The notes beneath the pieces were generated by a model. That model made no database searches and was not told where the DNA came from. It saw only the letters and a list, made by a program, of their open reading frames with translations. Shown here piece after piece: positions 28,674 through 36,420 of a DNA stretch of 64,000 nucleotides. The stretch comes from Candidatus Marsarchaeota archaeon (GTDB lineage Archaea; Micrarchaeota; Micrarchaeia; Micrarchaeales; Micrarchaeaceae): NCBI GenBank assembly GCA_023473665.1, contig JAMCYM010000001.1, positions 52,923 to 116,922 of the forward strand, written 5' to 3'. Within the stretch, counting starts at the first letter, position 1; the number at the start of each line of letters is the position of its first letter. The translations under genes were made by a program, and so were the position numbers.

Positions 28674-29360
28674 TCATTCCACGGTGGTTCCCCTGTGCTG
28701 CCTGCCGCGCAGCGCCGCCTCGAAGTCCTTAATGTCTGGCCCGACGAACAGCACCTTCACCTTCGATCTTGCGGCGAGCAGCGATGCAACGACATCGAAA
28801 ACAAAGTCGCTCTTTACCTCACGCCTGTCGAACTTCTCGGCCAAGCGCACCATTTCGTCGTGGCTGAGCCTCTTTAGCGCAATGGCCCCGCGCTCCTTCG
28901 GGTTCCTATCATACACGTAGGCCGTCATGCCAATGTTGATAAGCGTCTTGGCGCCAGCTGCCTCAGCCCCGAGCATTGCGTCTGCATCGGTCGTCACGCC
29001 CTCCACGAAACCCCCGAAGACCGTTATCCTGTGGCGTGCATGCAGGGCCTTGAATTCGTCGAGCGTTGCCGGTACCAGCGGCGCAACATCCATCCCTTGC
29101 TCGAGCATGACGTTCTTCAGCGCGGTTGCGTTCGTCCTCGTCATCGCTATGCCTATTTCGTCAAGCAGCAATTTGTTTTTTATTTCTCCGCTGACAGCAT
29201 TGATTGCTGTTCTTGCCGCGTGGCCGCCGCCTACGGCTATTGCGAATTTTGTGCCGCGCTCTCTCTTTATGATTTCGCAGAAGCGCTTCACGTAGCTTAT
29301 GTTGAAACCGCCCTCTGGATGTATTATGCTCCCTCCGAGCGAAATCGCTATTATCCTCAT
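28674..29360 (-). CDS. pyrH: Uridylate kinase (archaeal type)
   Basis: SLGGS, VGGG-x-x-AR, DEIGI, GVTTD and VYDRNP motifs. Confidence 0.85.
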   Translation of the reverse strand: MRIIAISLGGSIIHPEGGFNISYVKRFCEIIKRERGTKFAIAVGGGHAARTAINAVSGEIKNKLLLDEIGIAMTRTNATALKNVMLEQGMDVAPLVPATLDEFKALHARHRITVFGGFVEGVTTDADAMLGAEAAGAKTLINIGMTAYVYDRNPKERGAIALKRLSHDEMVRLAEKFDRREVKSDFVFDVVASLLAARSKVKVLFVGPDIKDFEAALRGRQHRGTTVE

Positions 29361-29398
29361 CGATAAGGCAATGCAACTCAGGTTATTAGCGTTTTGCG

Positions 29399-30658
29399 TT
29401 AGCCTGCAAGCTCTATGCTGTCACCCACCTTTGGTGCGTAGGCATCGAAGCCTTCGCCCTTCAGCTCCTCCGCGAATGCCTCGGTGTTTGCAGGATCGCC
29501 ATGCACGCATATGACAGTGTTAGGTGCGCATTCCCTGACGTACTTGTAGAGGTCGGACTTGCCTGCATGCGCAGAGAAGTCGTACACGCTTACTGGTATG
29601 CCTATCTTGCGCCTCTCCCCGTCTACGTCTATCCTGCCGGTGTTGACCAGGTTCCTGCCGTTCGTGCCATCGACCTGATAGCCTGTGATGAAGATGCGCG
29701 AGTTTCTGTTGAGCTTGGTTATGTATTCAAGTGCAGGTCCGCCGTTGAGCATGCCAGCTGGCGTGAGTATTACGGCGGGGCCGTCGAGTATGCCCTTCCT
29801 GTCGCCTGGGCCGTCTATGAATGTGGAGCTATTGACAGCTTCGCCGAGCAGCTTCGCGTTGTTTATGTAGGTGCTGTGCGCCATGACTATGCGCGTGGCC
29901 TCGCGGGCCATTCCATCCACGTACGTACGTTCAGCAAGGCCGCCCTGCTGCAGGATCGCCAGCAATTCCTGCGCCCTGCCGACCGCGAAGCTTGGCACAA
30001 GTGCGGTACCTCTATTGTCGAGCGTTTCCTTAATACCCTCGATAAAGCCTTTAATGAGCTTCTGCCTGTCTGGATGCTCCCTTGTGGCATATGTAGACTC
30101 TATGATGAGCGTGTCGCCTTTCACGATCTTGGCTCCTGTGTGCAGCAGCTGCGGTTGCAGTTTGAAGTCGCCAGTGTATACTATGCGCCTGTTGTCCCTG
30201 CCCTTCATGCGCTCCACAAGCGTCACCGCGCTGCCACTTATGTGTCCCGCATCGCTGAGCGTTATGTCGTAGTTCCCGAAGCTCGCGCGGCTGCCGTAGT
30301 CAATCGCGACATACCTGCTGTTGAATGTGCCGAGCTGCTTCTTGTGGTAGTTCAGCCTGGTGTGGTTCCTGTGCGAGAGCTTAAGCGAATCCTCGAGCAG
30401 AAGCCCAGCGAGCCTCAGCGTCGGCCGCGTGCCGAACGTTGGTATGGAAGCCTCGTTGTATAGTGCCGGCATGCACCCGCTGTGGTCGAGATGGGCATGC
30501 GATACTACCGCAAGATCGACCTTGGGGCTGCCTATTGGGAACTCAGTTTCATGGTCTATCTTCAGTCCGTAGTCGAGCATTATATTGCGCTCGTCCTCTA
30601 TCAGTATGGCGGAGCGCCCAACCTCATGTGCGCCTCCAAAAAATCGTATTTTCATCAT
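29399..30658 (-). CDS. MBL-fold beta-CASP ribonuclease
   Basis: EVGRS, SHAHLDH, AGHI, YTGD, ESTY, GRAQE, FSAH and VHGD motifs. Confidence 0.92.
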   Translation of the reverse strand: MMKIRFFGGAHEVGRSAILIEDERNIMLDYGLKIDHETEFPIGSPKVDLAVVSHAHLDHSGCMPALYNEASIPTFGTRPTLRLAGLLLEDSLKLSHRNHTRLNYHKKQLGTFNSRYVAIDYGSRASFGNYDITLSDAGHISGSAVTLVERMKGRDNRRIVYTGDFKLQPQLLHTGAKIVKGDTLIIESTYATREHPDRQKLIKGFIEGIKETLDNRGTALVPSFAVGRAQELLAILQQGGLAERTYVDGMAREATRIVMAHSTYINNAKLLGEAVNSSTFIDGPGDRKGILDGPAVILTPAGMLNGGPALEYITKLNRNSRIFITGYQVDGTNGRNLVNTGRIDVDGERRKIGIPVSVYDFSAHAGKSDLYKYVRECAPNTVICVHGDPANTEAFAEELKGEGFDAYAPKVGDSIELAG

Positions 30659-30781
30659 AATCAATCGGATTCTTGGCCTTGCGGCTCTGTCGCTTGCATC
30701 TCACACTCGTTTTTCCACTTACCTATAAAAACATTGGTATTCAATAATCTATGCCGCACTGCTGACCGGCGAGCAGATTCA

Positions 30782-31558
30782 ATGCCAGATGAAATAACGT
30801 TCCTCGATTTATTGGCCCTTGAGAAGATAACCGGCAATACTGTAGTTGAGAAGTTCGGAAGCCTGATAAATTCATCGTTCTTCGATGCCCAGAACATACT
30901 TGGCACGCTCAAGGTGAAGGGCCTGATAGATTTCACAACGATGGTGCCAGGCCAAAATGCCATAACTGTCACAGATGCCGGCAAGCAGCTCATTGCAGAT
31001 GCTGCAAGCAAGGCCCAGACCCAGTTCGACCAGCTCGACCTATCGATGCTTACGCAACTGTCAGGCGGGAAGCGCACGCTTGTCGACCTTGCGGGTGTGA
31101 CCAACATAAGGCCCAGAGACCTGGCAATGCACCTCAATAAGCTCGTAGAACAGCAGTACATCACAGCCGACATACGCAACGGCTCGGTCAACATGATGCT
31201 TACTGAGAAGGGTTTCATCCAGGTGAAGACTGGCATGCCAGTACAGGCGCCTGCAACGCCTATGGCCGCCATGCCGCAGCAGGGTGCCCCGTCACCATCG
31301 CCAGCACAAGCGCAGCAGGTGCAACCCATGGCAGCCCCGGTGCAGCCTATGGCGACGCAATCAGCCCAGGCGCAGGATTTAAGCATGCAGCAGATGCAGG
31401 CCCAGGAAACCCAGCCTCAACCTGGAAACGGAATTGCAGAGTTGCAGAAAGAAATCAAGGCCTCGAAGCTGAAGAGGAGCAAGAAGCTCACGATCTTAGT
31501 TGCTGTAATAGTGATAATCGTAATCTTCGTAGTGCTTGTGCAGCGCGGCATAATATAG
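30782..31558 (+). CDS. Hypothetical protein: tandem winged-helix-like domains, Q/P/A linker, C-terminal TM anchor
   Basis: Two wHTH-like segments ending ITVTDAG and LTEKG; low-complexity linker; KK-flanked hydrophobic C-terminus. Confidence 0.6.
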   Translation: MPDEITFLDLLALEKITGNTVVEKFGSLINSSFFDAQNILGTLKVKGLIDFTTMVPGQNAITVTDAGKQLIADAASKAQTQFDQLDLSMLTQLSGGKRTLVDLAGVTNIRPRDLAMHLNKLVEQQYITADIRNGSVNMMLTEKGFIQVKTGMPVQAPATPMAAMPQQGAPSPSPAQAQQVQPMAAPVQPMATQSAQAQDLSMQQMQAQETQPQPGNGIAELQKEIKASKLKRSKKLTILVAVIVIIVIFVVLVQRGII

Positions 31559-31571
31559 CCTTAGTGGTCTG

Positions 31572-32195
31572 ATGGGCAAGCTTCTGGAATACATGAATGC
31601 ATACGCGATGCTGCATCGGCACAGTATAAGGGCTCTTGACGCAAAGTACGTAGGCAGCCCCGACGATGCAGTTGGGTTTGCTTCTAGCAAGCCCATAGTC
31701 CTGAAGGTCATCTCCGACAAGGCGCTGCACAAGAGCAAGAACGGCCTCGTGAAGCTCGACCTTTCCACAGAGCGCGACGTACGCTCAGCATATGCCGAGC
31801 TTGAGAAGAAGGCGCGCAGCCTCAAGCCGTACAAGATCCTGGCGCAGAAAATGGTAACTGGCGGCCTAGAAATAATAGTTGGCGGGAATACCGATCTTCA
31901 GTTCGGCAAGATGATCCTCCTTGGCCTCGGGGGCATATACGTTGAGACGTTCAAGGACTTCGCGCTCCGCGTCTGCCCAATAACGCGCTATGACGCAGAC
32001 TCAATGATAGACCAGTTGCGTTCGCGTGCCATAGTTGCGCCAGATCCAAAAACAAAGAAGATGATTTCCGACCTTCTACTCAATGTGTCAGGCTTGCTCA
32101 TCAAGGAAAAGGCAATAAGCGAGCTTGACCTAAACCCCATAATACTGCACGGTGGTACGTACGACGCGGTTGATTTGAGGGTAATAGAAGAATGA
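31572..32195 (+). CDS. acdB: ADP-forming acetate/acyl-CoA synthetase beta subunit (ATP-grasp)
   Basis: VLKVIS-x-x-x-x-HKS, GLGGIYVE-x-x-KD and ELDLNP motifs. Confidence 0.88.
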   Translation: MGKLLEYMNAYAMLHRHSIRALDAKYVGSPDDAVGFASSKPIVLKVISDKALHKSKNGLVKLDLSTERDVRSAYAELEKKARSLKPYKILAQKMVTGGLEIIVGGNTDLQFGKMILLGLGGIYVETFKDFALRVCPITRYDADSMIDQLRSRAIVAPDPKTKKMISDLLLNVSGLLIKEKAISELDLNPIILHGGTYDAVDLRVIEE

Positions 32196-32206
32196 AGCGT
32201 GTGCTT

Positions 32207-33643
32207 ATGGCAACGAAATATGCTGACCTGAATCCGATGCTCCAACCGAAGAGTGTTGCGATAATAGGCGCATCTGCAAATCCCGAGAAGGTTGGGCATG
32301 TCATAATGCAGAACTACATAAACGTCGGCTATTCAGGCAAGCTCTATCCTGTCAACATAAAGGCTGAGGGCCCTATACTGGGATTCAAGTCGTACAGAAG
32401 CGTGCTTGACATTAAGGAGAAGATAGACCTGGCGGTGATTGCAGTGCCTGCGCCCGCGGTTCCAAGCGTACTCGAGGAGTGCGGCAAGGCCAAGACCAGG
32501 ACCGCAGTTGTAGTAAGCGGCGGCTTCGCAGAGATAGGCGAGACGGCCCTCCAGGAGCAACTGGCTAAGGTTGCACATAAGTACTCCATGCCTGTGCTGG
32601 GCCCCAACTGTCTCGGGGTCATGGACTTGAAGTCAAGGATCGACACTCTCTTCCTCCCTACTTTCAAGATTGACAAGCCCCAGATAGGCGGCGTCAGCTT
32701 CGTCTCGCAGAGCGGCGCGGTCGGCAGCGTAGTGCTCGACCTGATCTCGCACGAGGGCTTCGGGCTCGCTAAGTTCATCAGCTACGGCAACGCAGCCGTG
32801 GTCGACGAGGCCGATATACTCAACTACCTTGCGAATGACGACGACACGAAGGTGATAATATTCTATCTCGAGGGCGTGAAGCGCGGCAAGGAGTTCATAG
32901 AGGTCGCGAGGAAGGCCACGCCAAAGAAACCCGTTGTAATAATAAAGGGTGGCACGACTGAAGAGGGCTCAAAGGCCGTCCACTCCCATACAGCGTCACT
33001 TGCCGGAAGTGTCGAGGCCTACAGGGCCGTTTTCAAGCAATTTGGGTTCGTCGAAGCCGAGAATCTGGAAGACCTGCTGTACTTCGCAAAAATATTTGAT
33101 ACACAGCCGCTTACGACAAAGAACAGGATTGCTATTATAACAAATGGCGGCGGCATAGGTGTACTTGCTACTGACGCACTGTATAACAACTCGCTGAAGA
33201 TGGCGGAGATAAGCAAGGAGTCGGAGCGCATCTTACGCAAGGCCATGCCCCCTATAGTCAACGTGCGCCTGCCTCTCGATCTTGCGGGAGACGCGGACGA
33301 CAAGAGGTTCGGGATAGCAATAGAGACGCTTGCAGAAGACCCTAATGTGGATGCCATAATGGCGCTTGTGCTGTTCCAAACTCCAGGAGCGGACTCAAGG
33401 GTTGTTGCCGAGCTGATCAAGTACGGCACTACGGGCAAGAAGCCCCTTGTTGTGGTAAGCCCTGGCGGTAGCTACACCGAAGCGCACAAGATAATGATGG
33501 AAAGTGCAGGAGTTCCGGTCTATGATTCGCCAAGCTCCGCGGCGAGGTCGCTTGCAGCACTCATAAACTATTCTGTTTATCGTGAGAACGCGGCGCATTC
33601 GAATGGCAATAAAAATAACGGGCAGGACAAGGAAGCTGATTGA
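32207..33643 (+). CDS. acdA: ADP-forming acetate/acyl-CoA synthetase alpha subunit
   Basis: VAIIGAS, GPNCLG, SQSGA and SHTASLAG (phospho-His) motifs. Confidence 0.92.
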   Translation: MATKYADLNPMLQPKSVAIIGASANPEKVGHVIMQNYINVGYSGKLYPVNIKAEGPILGFKSYRSVLDIKEKIDLAVIAVPAPAVPSVLEECGKAKTRTAVVVSGGFAEIGETALQEQLAKVAHKYSMPVLGPNCLGVMDLKSRIDTLFLPTFKIDKPQIGGVSFVSQSGAVGSVVLDLISHEGFGLAKFISYGNAAVVDEADILNYLANDDDTKVIIFYLEGVKRGKEFIEVARKATPKKPVVIIKGGTTEEGSKAVHSHTASLAGSVEAYRAVFKQFGFVEAENLEDLLYFAKIFDTQPLTTKNRIAIITNGGGIGVLATDALYNNSLKMAEISKESERILRKAMPPIVNVRLPLDLAGDADDKRFGIAIETLAEDPNVDAIMALVLFQTPGADSRVVAELIKYGTTGKKPLVVVSPGGSYTEAHKIMMESAGVPVYDSPSSAARSLAALINYSVYRENAAHSNGNKNNGQDKEAD

Positions 33644-34952
33644 GCGTGATAGGAAGATATTCCTGTCAACTACACGGGAGTCGTATCCTTTCGTTGCCGA
33701 CCACGGCGATGGGGACCTGATATACGACATGGAGGGCAACAGGTTCATCGACTTCTCGTCCTTCATATCCGTCTATAACTTCGGAGTCAATGCCAACGCC
33801 GAGGTGCGGAGGGCTATAGTCGACCAGGTCGGCAAGCTCATGCACCCTGCGTTTACAGACTATCACGCAGAGCTGCCGGTGAAGTTCGGCGAGGAGCTCG
33901 TCAAGATGTTTCCTAGGGACTTCGGGCGCATGTTCCTAAGCAATTCCGGCACGGAGGCCAACGAGGCTGCGATAAAGTTCGCGCAGCTGTTCACGAAGCG
34001 GAGCTACATAATGGCTTTCTACAGCGCCTTCCACGGTCGCACCAAGGGCTCACTGGCGCTTACGGCATCCAAGGCAGTTCAGAGGACAGGCTTCGGCCCG
34101 TTCTCGAACACGATACACGTGCCGTTCGCATATTGCTACAGGTGCCCGTTCAAGCAGACCTACCCAGACTGCGGGTTCGCGTGCGTCGATTACATACGCA
34201 ACTACCCACTCAAGGACGAGGTAAGCGGCAAGGAAGTGGCTGCGTTCTTCGTGGAGCCGATACAGGGTGAAGGCGGCTACATAGTGCCCCCTAAGGACTA
34301 CTTCAAGGAAATTAGAAAAATTACCTATGACAACGGCATGCTCCTAGTCGCAGACGAAGTGCAGAGCGGATACATGCGCACCGGCAAGTTCCTTGCCCTT
34401 GACCACTTCGGCGTAACAGCCGACATATACACTATGGCGAAGTCAATAGCAGGAGGGCTGCCGATGGGTGTTACCATGGTGAGGAAGAGCCTCGGCGACA
34501 TACCTCCTGGAGCGCACGCCAACACATTCGGCGGCAATCTGGTATCTGTTGCGGCGGCATACGCGCTGCTGAAGCACGTCAAGCGCAACAGGCGCAAGCT
34601 CGAGGCCATGGCGAAGAGCAAAGGCCATCGCATAATGAAGAGGCTGGAGCAGATGAGGGACCGCTATGAGCTTGTCGGCGATGCGCGAGGCATTGGCATG
34701 ATGCTGGCCATCGAGCTGGTGCGAAGCAAGAAAGGCAAGGAGCCCGCAGTGAAGGAGCGCGAAAAGGTGCTTGAAGACGCATTTAGCAACGGCCTGATAA
34801 TGCTGCCTGCAGGCGAGTCAACAATACGCATAATACCGCCGCTTACCATGTCGGTGCAGCACATCGACAAGGGCCTTGATGTGCTTGAGGATGCGATAAA
34901 GTCGGTGAATTCAGCGATGCTTGGCAAGCCAGGCAGGAAATCAGGCAACTGA
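33603..34952 (+). CDS. Class III PLP aminotransferase (4-aminobutyrate/acetylornithine type)
   Basis: SGTEANE, FHGRT, EPIQGEGG, DEVQSG, AKSIAGG and NTFGGN motifs. Confidence 0.92.
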   Translation: MAIKITGRTRKLIERDRKIFLSTTRESYPFVADHGDGDLIYDMEGNRFIDFSSFISVYNFGVNANAEVRRAIVDQVGKLMHPAFTDYHAELPVKFGEELVKMFPRDFGRMFLSNSGTEANEAAIKFAQLFTKRSYIMAFYSAFHGRTKGSLALTASKAVQRTGFGPFSNTIHVPFAYCYRCPFKQTYPDCGFACVDYIRNYPLKDEVSGKEVAAFFVEPIQGEGGYIVPPKDYFKEIRKITYDNGMLLVADEVQSGYMRTGKFLALDHFGVTADIYTMAKSIAGGLPMGVTMVRKSLGDIPPGAHANTFGGNLVSVAAAYALLKHVKRNRRKLEAMAKSKGHRIMKRLEQMRDRYELVGDARGIGMMLAIELVRSKKGKEPAVKEREKVLEDAFSNGLIMLPAGESTIRIIPPLTMSVQHIDKGLDVLEDAIKSVNSAMLGKPGRKSGN

Positions 34953-35018
34953 AGGCTGCAGAAGATTGTCAATGATGGTAAAGGCTTTTGCATCTTCATG
35001 CCTGAAATGTGTGCATCA

Positions 35019-35801
35019 TTAACCACGCACATATAAGTTGGGGTTCATTGTTGCTCTCTCCCTGGCATCTGCATCTGTATCCTTGCTCAATTCCCTCAGC
35101 GTCTCCGCATCAGTATTCGGATTCCCCGCAATTTCCCACCTGACATATCGATCCTCATCCTTGCTCAATCCCTTTAACGTCTCAGCATCAGTATTCGAAT
35201 TCTTCGCAACTCCTCCTCTGACATCTTCATCTGTATCCTTGCTCAATTCCCTCAGCGTCTCCGCATCAGTATTCGGATTCCCCGCAATTTCCCACCTGAC
35301 ATATCGATCCTCATCCTTGCTCAATCCCTTTAACGTCTCAGCATCAGTATTCGGATTCCCCGCAATTTCCCACCTGACATATCGATCCTCGTCCTTGCTC
35401 AATCCCTTTAACGTCTCAGCATCAGTATTCGGATTTTCCGCAACCCAGTCTCTGACATCTGCATCAGCATCCTTGCTCAATTCCCTCAGCGTCTCCGCAT
35501 CAGTATTCGGATTCTTCGCAACCCATTCTCTGACCTCTTCATCAGCATCCTTGCTCAATTCCCTCAGCGTCTCCGCATCAGTATTCGGATTTTCCGCAAT
35601 TTCCCACCTGACATATCGATCCTCGTCCTTGCTCAATTCCCTCAGCGTCTCCGCATCAGTATTCGGATTCCCCGCAACTCCCCATCTGACCTCTTCATCT
35701 GTATCCTTGCTTAATCCCTTTAACGTCCCAGCATCAGTATTCGAATTCTTCGCAACTTCCAGCCTGCTGTTTGTGTCCTTACTCTTTACATTAGACCCCA
35801 T
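35019..35801 (-). CDS. LRV/HEAT-like tandem-repeat protein
   Basis: Nine 26-aa units of the form PNTDAETL(RE/KG)LSKD-x-D-x-x-VR-x-x-(V/I)A-x-N. Confidence 0.85.
   Translation of the reverse strand: MGSNVKSKDTNSRLEVAKNSNTDAGTLKGLSKDTDEEVRWGVAGNPNTDAETLRELSKDEDRYVRWEIAENPNTDAETLRELSKDADEEVREWVAKNPNTDAETLRELSKDADADVRDWVAENPNTDAETLKGLSKDEDRYVRWEIAGNPNTDAETLKGLSKDEDRYVRWEIAGNPNTDAETLRELSKDTDEDVRGGVAKNSNTDAETLKGLSKDEDRYVRWEIAGNPNTDAETLRELSKDTDADARERATMNPNLYVRG
35043..35744. repeat. Nine tandem 78-bp repeats, nearly identical at DNA level
   Basis: GCATCAGTATTCG recurs every 78 nt; the array is coding and has no spacers. Confidence 0.95.
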
Positions 35802-36050
35802 AATATCATCTTACGATAAGAATTCTTAGGAAATATATAAAACCCCACCAAAAGCTTTAAAAATAGAAGAACGTTGAAAGACAGAGTAACGAAAGGGCAT
35901 ATTTTTTTGAAAGGGGCATTATACTCTATTTCTGCTATGCCGCCAGTCGAACAGTCAGTAACCAAACAATATAACAGCAGCAAAATGGCAAAGCCAGCGG
36001 CTTGGGGGTGCGGTAAAGAAGGCCGATGCGGAAACGCGATCCCGTAAATG

Positions 36051-36179
36051 CTACCAAATACTACCCTTCTCGCCGCACGTAAGCTCAGCGCCGCAGTTCT
36101 GGCATCTGAGATGGCAGGCCTGTATGGTCTGCATGGGGCTGCCGCAGGTAAGGCACAATATCTCCTGAGGCTGCTCCAC
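36051..36179 (-). CDS. Small zinc-finger protein (42 aa); absent from the ORF track
   Basis: MEQPQEILCLTCGSPMQTIQACHLRCQNCGAELTCGEKGSIW; minus-strand TTTATATAG about 35 nt upstream. Confidence 0.7.
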   Translation of the reverse strand: MEQPQEILCLTCGSPMQTIQACHLRCQNCGAELTCGEKGSIW

Positions 36180-36420
36180 CTGCACACCCGCTAATGCTGT
36201 TACATGGCAACCTATATAAATCTTTCACGCCCTAAATATTGCTGGTGTCGGTATGGCAGCCTGAGCACTCAGTGGCTCCTGTATTTGAAAGCTAGTTTTG
36301 CTTGCTTTGTGAAGATACACCTGCTATCTAGAGCGCTCTATCTGTGCTGCTGTGCTATTGCACTTGTGTGATCGTGCGTTTGCGCGATTGAATCGAGGAG
36401 AAGAGAAGCTTGCAAAATTT

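Noticed and set aside
35043..35744. Regular repeats resembling a CRISPR array or DGR template
   Set aside because: In-frame 78-bp coding repeats with no unique spacers; no cas or reverse transcriptase gene in the window
35038..35829. 263-aa plus-strand ORF
   Set aside because: Antisense shadow of the repeat protein
35830..36050. Intergenic stretch examined for 5S rRNA or another ncRNA
   Set aside because: No 5S, RNase P or C/D signatures recognised on either strand
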